Positions 35,490-46,918 of a stretch of 64,000 bases of DNA are shown one piece after another. Below the pieces are notes generated by a model. The model ran no database searches. It saw nothing but the letters and a program-made list of their open reading frames with translations, and had not been told where the DNA came from. A program made the position numbers and the translations under genes. Positions within the stretch are counted from its first letter, which is position 1. Every line of letters starts with the position of its first letter. Source of the DNA: Euglena gracilis (Eukaryota); the NCBI GenBank assembly GCA_039621445.1, contig CP154954.1, forward strand, positions 6,273,425 to 6,337,424, in the 5' to 3' direction.

Positions 35490-36829
35490 TCAGGTGAAAT
35501 TTGCATTCCTGGGCGGAACCTCAGGAGCCGTCTGCGGCTTTGGGCGTTGTGCTTTTGGCACATGTCTTTTCCGTAATCGGAAAATGTCCCATGGTTTCCG
35601 TTCTTCTTCAACCATCCTGTGGTTGAAGCGCAGGAGGGGTAGGGCCATGCCCAACTCGTTAACTCTGCCACCTTGGAAAAATGGCTGGAACAAAGCTCTA
35701 TCGAGCGTATCGCCGAATCGGCGTTTGACATAATCGTCAATGCTTTCCTTCTCGAACCGGGGTCTGATGGGGACATAGTCCGGGGGAATCTCCCTATCGG
35801 GATTGAGATGATAATATATCTCCATGATCTGGCAGGTCCAAGCCCTGAACGAGAACTGTTGCAAATACAGCAGGAGTTGACGGTGGTTGCGTCACCCGTT
35901 CGAGCTTTGGTGAACATCCTTTGGATTTCTGCAGAGGTGCAGGAGCATGATGCGCTTTGGCGCTGTCTGCGGGATATTGGCCTGTTGGCCTCGTCGTCCT
36001 GACCTTCGGCCTGTGGTTGAGTACTGCGTACTCCGAATCCCCAGAAATCCACTGCAAACTTTTCGTAGCAGTGAGAGCATCGGACGATATACGTCTGGGG
36101 GAAGCGGTCAATATCGACCACTTCAAAGTGATAGGCATATTGCCAGTGGTAAAAGACTTGCAGATTGCTGCAGAACATGTTTCCCGCCAATTTGGCGATA
36201 TTTTCAGGTAGTGGGTAAAACTCCCACTCCAGGCCTTTTGGGCCTACACTGCGAATGCAGTCGAATAACTGCCGTAGCAGGTCTTTACCTGTGTTGTATC
36301 GGTCTTCCCGACCACAATCCAGGTTTGGATAGCCACAGGAGTTCAGGAGCCTGCCGAAATTTTGGGTGGGGTATCCTGCCTAGAACCAAACGTGCCAGAA
36401 TCCGGGCAGATTGTCCAATATCGGACCGAGGATGGCATTGCCCTCAAAGGCATATAAAGTTCCATCATGGTGGAAATCACGATTTCGCTCCGTAAAGAGC
36501 TGTCTGGTCACAGTCACGACAGGGGAGGCGACCAGGATTGGAAGGTTAAGTTCATTTTGGAACTTCCGCATGGCCTCGAATGCGAGGTCATGAAGGCTCT
36601 GGATGTGCTTGAATAGAGCTTCCATGTCGTCCTCATAGACGTTCCGGTATTGGCCTTTCTGGCCTTTGCCTTGGCCTTTTTGGCCTGCAGTAGGTGCTCG
36701 TTTAGGAGCACTTTTGGCTTTACCCTTGCCCGATCGGGCTTCCCATCGGGCAATCTCTTCTCTAGCTTGTTTACAAGCATGAGGACTGAGATTGGATGCA
36801 AAACGGGGGCCCAAAAATGCAGGATTCAT
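35490..36829 (-). pseudogene. Unknown globular-looking protein, about 440 codons, with one stop and one frameshift
   Basis: ORFs 36380..36829 and 35441..36190 share a frame with a single TAG (36380-36382) between them; 35490..35864 continues after a shift. Contains CSHC and CCIC. Confidence 0.55.
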
Positions 36830-39496
36830 GTCGCTTGTTCGACCAAGAGTTCCTGTGGGGGATAAGCCGTTTTTGGTGTTGGGTATGCTGCAGGTTGATC
36901 CTGCATATCCGCCAATAGCGGTGGGTTATTGTCAGTGAGGGGTTCGCCTCTAGGCGGATCGATGTAGGTGGGATTGCGTACACGTTCGCGAGTATCGTCA
37001 AGTATTTTCTGTACTCGTGCACGCTCCGCAGCTTCATGCTCGATTTCTGCCCCATGGGCTCTTTGGGCCAGTTCGGCTTGTTCGAGCTGTTGCTGAGTGG
37101 GTTCAGGAACAGGCAGTACCTCGGTTGCGGCCTGTTGGCCTGGTGGTACTGGTGTCTCCTGAGGTGGTGCCATTGGTGCTGTTACAGGCTGTGGCGCCAT
37201 TGGCGCTGCTACAGGCTGTGGCGCGGTTGGCGCTGCTGCAGCTGCCGACGCCGCTGCTTTTGCTGGCACCGGTCTGGGGGGTTGCGCCATTGGCGCTGGC
37301 TTGGCCGGCACGGCAAACGGTACGGGCACGGGAGGCGGTGCGGCCTGTTGGCCACCCGATGCCCGACGTTGCTGTGCAGGGGTAGCCTGTCTGGCTGGGG
37401 CTGGGGCCGGGGGTTTTGGTCTCCCCATTGGGGATGAAGATTCTGGTCTACCCCGTTTCCCTAGGTCTGCCGGCCTGTATGGCTGTGACGCATATCTGCG
37501 TTCTGCAGACTGTGGGCCCTGGAGCTGTTCCAGGGATTGGTAGTACCGGATGGCTTGCTGAGGTGATGTGAAGCGGGGTTATGGAAGGGGTTCATGTACC
37601 GTTGGTACATCCTCTTCCACAGCCATACGGCCTTCGGCCTCGGCCTGCTCCACATCCTCAGCCCAGGATACAGGCTCCTGAGCCACCGGCTGATCCCGTT
37701 GTACGGGTAACTGACTACCAGATTCCAAATGGGCTGGATATGAAAATTGTGGTAGTGCCGATGACGGTTGCGTCGTTGGCTGATACGCATATTCAAGGTT
37801 GACGGCTTGTTTTTTTTGAAACAAAAAAAACATGTTTTTTTTAAAAAAAATATGTTTTTTTAAAAAAAAACAAAAAAAACGTCATGGAGGGTTTGGGTGA
37901 AAAAAATTTTTGAACGTTTTTTTAAAGGAAAAGGTCATTTTTTTCTTTGCAACTTCGCAGTCCGTAAAGGGTGATGGCTTTCACATGAACCATCATTTTA
38001 GTATTTTTGGATGAAGGGTCTGGAAAAACTGAAAAAAACGCCACTTTGATGACCAAAAACAGGACTTTAGAACTTTTTCCTCAAAAAAATGGCCATTTCG
38101 CAAGGAAAAAGGTCAATTTTTGCTTTTTCAAAAAAAACATGTTTTTTTTGCGTTTTTTTTAAAAAAAACATGTTTTTTTGTTTTTTTTAAAAAAAACAAA
38201 AAAAACGTCAACCCTGCGCATATTGCGTTGGGGGTTCCCGATATGTGGGTGGTGCATACGAGGAGGGGACTGGGTATCGCGAAAAATTCGCGATGGCTGC
38301 ACCATTGGTGCTGGGATATCTCCCGCCTCGCTTTCCGCCACTGGGGGGCTACGCTCCCGCATATATTCGGTGAATGCACCTGTGTGATGACGAGTCCGCG
38401 GCATCGGCGGTACCTGGACACCCAGTGTAGTGTACACTGTACGCATGCTGACATCAGGGGGATATTCCCCAGGCATGAAGTACACTTTCCCTGTCATCAG
38501 AGTTTGGCCACAAGCGCACCATTGTGCTATAGGCCTATTGGCCAGGCCCAAAATCTGACGACAGTGGGTATCCCACATCACTTGTAAGGAGGGGTCTGCT
38601 CTTTCGAGTGCGCTAACGCGCAGGGCAGTCCGCAGAGTTTTCTCTGCGAGATTCACTAATTCTGCGGTGAATGCGGGGTATGGCACTGTTGGTGCTGGCT
38701 GTGGCGTCTCATGCGCCGCAGGGATCGCATAAGCGGATATACTACTGCTGCTGACTGCAGTCATAGCCGCAGGCTCCTGACCGGGTTGAGCAGCAGGAGC
38801 GGGCATCGCGTGCACGGCGTGTACCTGGTGCGGGACACCCTGTACGTGTTGAGATTGGGGTTGTGTTTGGGGTTGTTGAGTCATAACGTACTGTGGTGTA
38901 TACAGGATGGGAGGTGAGGGACCAGGCATGGCGTAATGCGCCTGCTCCATTGGAGGTGCCTGTCCCTGCCTCGCATACTGTTGTTGTTCCATTGGAACTT
39001 GGTGTGCCTGCTGAGGGTGTGGTTATTCCATTGGAACTTGATATGCCTGTTGAGGCTGTGCCGCATATGCAGCACCCATTGGCACGGGGGCCGCATGAGC
39101 GACTGGTGGCGGTTGCGCCTGAGAGGGGGGCGGCATTTGTGCCTGAGAGGGGGCTGGCATATGTGACTGAGAGGGGTATGGCATTTGTGCCTGTACCATT
39201 TGAGGTGGGGGTGGCATTTGTGCCTGAGCCGCATAAGCGGCTGGAGGGGATTGATATACCGCATACGCGGGCGCCCCTTGGGCTGGGGGAGCCGCCGCAT
39301 AGGCGTGTGGGGGGTATGGAGGGATGGCATACTGTAGGGGGCGGTCCTGGGCCGCGCCCTGGGTCTTGCATTGGTCCGGGGACCAAAAACAACAAAAAAA
39401 GTAGCTTGATGAGCTGTAGAAAAAGAAGAGAGAAATTAATTGGGTTTGTGAGAAAAACACAGAGAGGGGAGGAAAAGGCCCATAGGCCGATTTCAA
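36826..39496 (-). pseudogene. Long Pro/Gln/Ala/Tyr-rich coding-like tract directly downstream of Gypsy-A pol, broken by frameshifts and a MITE
   Basis: Consecutive minus-strand ORFs 39023..39496, 38159..38992, 37579..37833 and 36826..37428. Confidence 0.5.
37794..38216. mobile_element. hAT-like MITE, 423 bp
   Basis: TIRs caaggttgacg / cgtcaaccctg (10/11 match); perfect 8-bp TSD cgcatatt at 37786-37793 and 38217-38224; AT-rich non-coding interior. Confidence 0.9.
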
Positions 39497-39690
39497 AAAT
39501 TATTCACAGAAATGTCTATGTTATTTCTTTTATTCCACAGCTTCCAGTCCTGTTGGACATAACCAATAAAACTGGAGGCTGGCTCCCAGGTGTCCTCCTC
39601 TGGCCCATAGCCTTTCCACCTGACCTTCCAGCAATGGACTCCCCGATCAATTTTGTGATCGAGGATTTTGTCTACCACAAAATCATCCGT
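39493..39690 (-). pseudogene. Gypsy-A chromodomain
   Basis: [39 protein letters not shown]. Confidence 0.93.
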
Positions 39691-39769
39691 TTTGGGTAAC
39701 TTGGAACGGGGTTTGAAATAAAGGCACGGTAGTGCTTTGCCATTAGGCGGGGAAAGGTATGGCTTGAAA

Positions 39770-40800
39770 TCATCCATGTGAACATCCTCGAACCCGTTTG
39801 GGCAGTGCCACCCTGTAGCGGCCACTTTTGCCAACACGTTCGAGAATTTCACAGGGCCCGATCCAGAGGGGGTCTATTTTGGAAGCTTGCATACGGATTC
39901 GGTTATTCCGAACCCATACGCGATCACCAGCACTATAGCCAGGTGATTTGAATTCTTGCAAAAATTTATTTCTCTTTTGAGAATGGATATCAGTAATGCG
40001 TTTTTGAACAGTAGTTCTGAGAGACCCTACTTCAGAGAACCATGTCTCACAGGTTACGTAACTTCGAGCTGGTCTCTCTGATGATATATCACCAATCGCC
40101 GCCGGGTCTCGCCCAAAAACGATTTTATATGGGGATTGCGGAAAAACTAAACCCGGTAGGGTGTTTATATAAAAGAGGGACCATGGCAAAACCTGGACCC
40201 AGGCCTGGCGCGAGTCAGCCAGTGAGAGGCGGAGCATATTTACAACAGCCTTCACTGCTGCCTCGGCGCGGCCATTGCCCTTCGGGCGATATATAATGGA
40301 AAAATGTTGTTCGATTCCCAGTAAACCACATAGGGTTGTGAAGAATCGGGAAGAGATCAAATGATCTTGATCACTGACAATCTCATTCGGCAAGCCCATT
40401 AGGCAGACACACTTCTCCATAAATATCTGCGCTAAAATTTGCGCGGTCAACCCTGCCTTTTGGCATGGAATGGCTACTATGTAACCACTCAAGCGACAGA
40501 CAACTACAAAAACATAATCGTAAATTTTGCCGTCTGATCCTTAGCAAGGTTCTAATTCGAGAAAATCCATGCAGAGGGACGTAAAAATGTCAGGGGGTAC
40601 GGGGAAAAAATCAAGCGCACCAGGGGGGGTACCTCTGCGCGGTTTCACGGCTTGACAAATTTGCACCATTGCGAAATTTGCAAGCAGCGCGAATGCAAAT
40701 CTATTTCTTTCAGGGTTGTACAATACCTGCGACCCACCAAAGAAAGATGTTTGGGGGCCCCAGGGTGAACTTGGTTGTGTTAACACAAAAGTACTTCATC
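39770..40800 (-). pseudogene. pol: Gypsy-A integrase
   Basis: [45 protein letters not shown]; stops and frameshifts. Confidence 0.92.
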
Positions 40801-41099
40801 AACCAAGTCACGGGGTATACAATATTTATATCCCGCATCATCGCGGTAAACCAACCGTAAAGGGGAGAGAGTATAATTATGTACAACTTCGCCATTGCGC
40901 AGTCTGTGCACTATCGTGCTATATACAGGGTCATGGGAATAATCCCATTCGCGAAAGAAGAGGGGGGAAGGAGATTCAGATCGCGTAATGCGACGGGGGC
41001 CAGGTGTGCGGCCTCGTCGCCTTCTCCCCCGTATAGGAGAGACTGGCAACGAACGAAAAATCGATGAAACGGGAAAAGAGTCCAACATATCGTCGGCTG

Positions 41100-42519
41100 C
41101 GTCATATCGACGTGCATATTCATCAGCCTCTTGGCTACCATGAAAGATGGCATCACCTTCATCCGGGTTACCGGGGTAATCCCAGGGTGCTCGACTGAGC
41201 GGGTCTGCTACTTTATGTGTATGGCCAGGGGTATATACAACCACTAGGTTCAATTGGCTCAAAAATTCATGCCATCGGCATCTTCGGCCTACAGAAGACA
41301 TAGCTTTGTTCAGATCCTCGGTGTACCAGTGTTGAAGACTCTCATGGTCAGTCAACACTAGTATTTGCACCAAGGAACTGGCGACCCAACTACGGAATTT
41401 TTGCAAAATAAGTACGATTGCGTACGTTTCCTTCTCACGGATACTCCATTTGACTTGGCCTTTGCCAGCTTCACCTTGTAGCTTTCTACTGAAAAATGCT
41501 ACAGGGCGTAATTAGTTAGCCGCGTTATGCTGGCTTAGAACACCGCCTTCAGCATAATCGCTGCTATCGACTTCTAGCACATAAGGCTTGTAGGGATCCA
41601 CGATGTCGAGTACGACATTTTCAAGCATTAGCTTTTTAATGATCTCTAGAGATTTACGCATATCTGCGTCCCATTTGATTTTTGTATTTTCGGGTGCGCG
41701 ATTTTTGACCTGCCTCGTTAGAGGTACCGCGATTTTCGCGAAATCTTTCATGTAAATCGCGTAGTATTGGGCTAATCCCAAAAATCCTTTCAAATGGGTG
41801 ATGGTCTTGATGACCTCAGGTGTCCATTTCTTAATGGCCTCTAGTTTGCTAGGCGCCGCTCGGCGTTGGCCATTATTAAGAATGTGACCACAAAACTTTA
41901 TCGTTTCGCGAAATAAGTGCATTTTAGCACCTTTGACAAAAAGTCTATGCTTGAGAAATGCGGCTAATACCGCGCGAACATCACGATAGTGAATATCGAG
42001 AATATTCTCGTGTGTCGCTGAAGGAGGGGGGGTACCAACCAAAACATCATCAATGTATACCAGCGCAAACGGAAAATCCCGTAAGACCCATTGGATCATG
42101 CGCTGAAACATTGCTGGTCCATTCTTAACACCCATTGGTAAAACTGTCCATTGGTAAACACCTCTGGATGTTACAAAAGCCATATAGGCTTGCGAATCGG
42201 GATCCAGATGCTTTTGGTGGAAACCATCCTCCAGGTTGAAAATTGACCACAAGCGGTTATCCACTTGTTTTGTGATGAGGTCCTCTATTAGAGGTAGCGG
42301 GAATGGGTCATCCTTAGTTTGCGAATTTAGGTACCGATAATCCAGTACCAGCCTCCACTTTTTCTGACCTGATGGGTCTGGGGGCTTAGGAACCACAAAA
42401 GCTTGGGAGGTCCATTCACTCTTGGAAGGGATGATCCACTTCCGCTCTATGAGCTTTTCAATCATTTCATTGAGAGCTATCTCTCTTTCTCCTGAACAAC
42501 GGAAAAATTTCCGATGCAT
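41100..42519 (-). pseudogene. pol: Gypsy-A RT and RNase H (copy 2)
   Basis: LVYIDD, LEVDSSDYA, stop at 41512, RPVAFFSRKL, EKETYAI, VLTDHESL, YTPGHTHKVADPLSR. Confidence 0.95.
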
Positions 42520-42844
42520 TGGCTTTGCGCCTTCCTTAAGCTCAATCTTACAAACACCGAAAGGTCCTTGAATAGCGGGATCTATATCGCAAGCGTAAAC
42601 GGGATTTTCCAGAACACCAGAAAATTCGCGACTGATGCGCGTACAAAATTCTGCTCAACTGGGGTGATGTCCTGCACTTTCAATGACAGCGGAAACCTGT
42701 TTATGGGTCATATCAACTATAGGGGGGGGGGGCAGAACGGTGATGCCTATCGGCCATATGGTCAAAAGCCGTATCGGCTCCCACATGGTCGGTATGATCC
42801 AACACACTAACATTCAGGGGTGGAGATTGAGACACATTGAAAGA

Positions 42845-43246
42845 ATCAAAGAAACAAACACGGAAAATGATTTCTTGGAAATGTGGTAATACCACTCCAC
42901 GGAAATCCTCGAATAGAGGAACATCGTTTGGTAGGTCCAACCAATAAAATGTGACATAAGTCAAATTCTGAAACCATTCCGCTTCGGGATTCACAGGAAC
43001 AAGTAATGCGCCTCGCGCTTGATCCTGGAAAATCTTATTTACAACAAGCGGGATAAGTTTTAGGGGTGGATGCATCCATAGGATAGTGTCTCCCCAAAAA
43101 TTATCAAAAGCGTTAGAATGTTGCGACCAATGTCGCGGTAGTCGCGAATGCGCGTTGGAAGAGAATGCATCAATTTCTAAGGTCAAATCAAAGGAATCTG
43201 CCATATCGGCGATTTTTGAAAACCAATGTTTCAAGATTCGATATTG
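42845..43246 (-). pseudogene. Dam-like MTase domain in Gypsy-A (copy 2)
   Basis: Same translation as 1225-1626 (IDAFSS...LWMHPPL). Confidence 0.75.
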
Positions 43247-44269
43247 ACCAAACTGAAAAGCATTCCAGGTATCCTTGGTGTACTTGGAGATCTGCTCAAC
43301 ATCCTGAAGGGGGGGAACACGCTGTAACACAGAACAACAGAATTGTGAATCATCCACACACATGTCCATAGGACTCAATCCAGGGGGGGGGGGGTTGGGC
43401 ATATACCCAGTCATCGGTGATGCGCGATAGCGCGGAACGCGCGATATGCGCGGGATTCGGACTATGTGCGGCAAGCACGATATTCGCGGGGGTGTTGGAT
43501 AGCGCCATAGGCGCATGGGGAGCGCTATTCGCAAATCCTAAAAGGGAGGCTATGCCTTTGCACTGTAGTGCTTGATTCACATTCGCGAATTGCGAAAAAC
43601 TTCCAATTGTAAGTGTGGGATGTGAACAACTACTAAGTGTATGGTTGGGTGTATCACCCATTGTACCAAGGCTACGTACGTTTTGGTTATCTATTAAATC
43701 CGTACCGGTTGTACCATTACCAAGTACATAAGTACTATTACCAGGTGTAGGTGGAGAAAAATTCCCGGTTGCGGAATCTAATCGGATTAGTTTGGAAGAT
43801 TCAACTAGACATCAACAATCAAAATCATGGTAAGCGGAGATTCTCCGACAGTGAGCGCATTGGTAGGAGGGTTGGTGCATGTGGTGCGCGTTTGTGTGGG
43901 TGTCACTGCATAAGTTGGTGTCGGTTGGGGTAGCTGCTGGGAGGTGTACAGGGGTGTCCGAAATCGACACACCTGGTGGAAAACGAAAAAGTTGGGCAGC
44001 TGGGCGGCTACTCGACACCGTAATTACTTCAGGCCTTTGGGCTTTCGCCTGGGAACCCAGCGAAACGAGCGGGGTTAAGCTACTGGCTTTCCGTACCGCA
44101 TGGGAAACGAGCGGTAAAAGTGCTGTGTGTAGGGGGGCAACTTTCTGTTTACCCCTAGGGTAGGAAACGGTGTTTTCGGATGTGGAAAACGTTATGGAAA
44201 TGCGGGGGGACGTCCTGGGTGACGTCACGGGGAACAAGTTTGGGGGTTCGGCGTGTGTGCAGGGGGTAG

Positions 44270-44657
44270 TGCGCAAACCGTGCGAAGGACAATCCACCAC
44301 CATTCGGTGTTGCCGTAGGAATGGAAGACCCAATATGACATCTGACCCGGCGATATTCGCCTCGAATGCCCAAGTACCCAGAAAATTTTGTAATTGTGGG
44401 GGGTGTGTGTCGTGCTTCGGGATAATGGGGAGGACTATGTCCAAAATGCATCCCAAGTCACCACCGCACATGGGGCTGTTGTCTGCAGTCATAATTTTGA
44501 TGGGATTCTTGGCATGAACCAAGAGGGGGGTGGGTATAATTCCTTTGCGGAAAAGAAGGGGGATTCGACACCCTGTTTCGACTAAAATCTTGGCTTGTGC
44601 ACAAAAATTTCGAGTTTTAATTTTCGCTTGTACCAAAAGTTCCAGGGGGGTACGCAA
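44270..44657 (-). pseudogene. Gypsy-A protease-like domain (copy 2)
   Basis: ILVETGC, DVILGLPFL; open into the downstream linker in this copy (ORF 43812..44657). Confidence 0.75.
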
Positions 44658-46918
44658 AGCGAAGGGTCGGGTGTAAAATCGTTATCGCGCCAACTATTCC
44701 ATAACTCTTTGCTTACTTTGCTCAACATTCCAAGCAAAAATTTCGCGCGGGGAGTGGGGGACCGAAAACTTTCTGGGTACCGACTAAAAAGACCGATGGG
44801 CAGGGGTACCGACCATCATGCGCATAGCGGGTATGCAACTTAGCCAATGAGGCTTCAATATTACCAACATCCTGTTGTAACTGTTTGTGCAAATCGGACA
44901 CGGTGGCCTGAAGTCCGCTAATATCCGGTGTTGGTGCACGGGTTGCCGCATTGCGGTTCTGCAAATCCGCGATTGCGGTCCGGATTTCCATTGTGCCGTT
45001 TTGCCACTGTTGTTGCAAATTGTCAATCCTACTCGCGACATTCGCGATTTGGGGTTGAAAACTCGCAATTTCAGCGGGAATTTCGCCTAATGGCGAGATT
45101 TCTGCTCCAATCGAGAAAGTCTTTCCTCCAAATGTTGCACATACGTGCGGGGGGCAAAACTTTGATTGGCTTGGGTAGAAAAGCGGGCAAAATTCGCGGA
45201 ATCACCGCTCAATTAGAAAATGCGCTGTTGCGCTTCCTGAAATGCGGTTGAAAGTGTGGAGAACTGCTCCAATGTAATAAATTGTCCCAAATCGGGATTT
45301 TTTGATGGGGGTCATGCAACTTTTGCTGCAATTGTGGAAAAATTGCCGTAATTGGCTCCAATTTATGATGTAAGGCTTGCAATCTATGTTGCATGTTGGA
45401 GAAAATCGCATCATTGCGGGATTGTGTTTCACACATGGCTTCACTCACTTTTTGGAAATGTTGTGGCAAATGTGCCTGCAAATGTGTGTCCAAACTTTGA
45501 CGCAAAGTTGCTAGGTCCACATTGGTGGATTGAAAATTTGTTTGGCAATATTCACCAACATCACGCACATAACTCCAAAGGTAATCGAGCTTGTGTTCTA
45601 CAACCTTTTGGATGTTTTCATCAAAATCCAAAACCTTGTTAAGTGTCATAGCGCAATCCGCTACACAAGTGTGGACATGGGAGATTTGCCGCGTTAGCGG
45701 GTGGTCCACTGGAAGATTTGCGACTATGCGCTGAATCACCGTAATGGGATGAGAAGAAATATTTTCCAACTCTTCCACATCACTGCTCATAGACTCTGTA
45801 GGACTTGTATAAGCAGGAACTGTCAAACGCATCTCCGGGTGCCATGGCAATGCCGGAAAAGAACCCGTATCCGGTGGTGCGGGCAATTGTCCAATCGGAC
45901 TTGTGGGGTGAAGCGTAGGGGGGGGGCTGAAAGAAACATGGTGTTTCTAACGCACCTTCAACAAAAAGTTGCCGTGGCGTATCCGTCTCAGAGTCAAATG
46001 TGCCTATCGGCACCAGTGCGAGATCTCGCCGGCGGGAATGGGTGTTAGCCGATTGGCTTTCCAACAAAAGGGGTTGTGCCTGTTGGGCATGGGGTTTGCT
46101 CTATAGAGCTTGACACCGATAGGTGTGGGGGTTCCCATCGGGCGGGGGGAGGATTACTCGACACAGACACCGATAGGTGTGACACACGCGGGGAAGGAGG
46201 ATGACCTGCCAAATGAGTCAATGCTTGTGTACCCCTATGGGGTTGAGGATGCTCATTAGAGCTAGTCAATGATGCCGCAGGTTCAAGTCCTCGAAGTGAA
46301 CCAATCAATGCAGCGTAGTCAATGGGAGTTGTGCTCTGCATTTTTGAAGCAAAAACACAAAAAACAAGTGTAAATTGCGGTGTAAAATGCAGAAACAAGT
46401 ACAAAAAAAAGGGAAAGTATTAAAGTAAGCAGAGACCCGAACTCTGAGGTTTGAAGCAGCGTATACTGCGAACCGTCATAGGACGTGTCCGTGCGTACAG
46501 CTTTGGCCGGAAACGGCTTGTAGTGCCTGTGGTCGCCTATAGGCGGGGCACCACACGACCGTTTGCGGTCAAAAGGACCGAAAAACCTAAACTGCTACCA
46601 AGTGTACGTCCAACCTTTCCTCGCTTTCGCCCTTTGGTGCGCAAAAGGTAAAAGTTGGAGTAACAGAAAAAAATAAAAAAAATAATATAAAAGTTGAAAA
46701 GCCCTTTTCCCCAATTAAGAGGCAGAGCACAAGGCAGGTGAGAAGCCCTATGGGCTACGACAAAGAAAAGTGCCAAGTGACTTGGCTGTCCTTTCAGGAC
46801 TTCAAATGAAAACAAATCAAACTTGAAAATCAAGTCTTGAATGAAATACCAGAATGGAATAAAATAGAAAATACCACCAAGAACCAGAATAAGGATTGAG
46901 TATTCCTAATTCAGGCCG

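Larger units (their letters stand above)
39493..46420 (-). mobile_element. Gypsy-A Ty3/Gypsy chromodomain retrotransposon, full coding region
   Basis: Order: gag-like, PR, Dam-like MTase, RT, RNase H, integrase, chromodomain. LTRs not identified. Confidence 0.93.

Noticed and set aside
38893-39699. Plus-strand 268-aa ORF and similar antisense ORFs over pol regions
   Set aside because: Shadows of minus-strand coding or repeat sequence.
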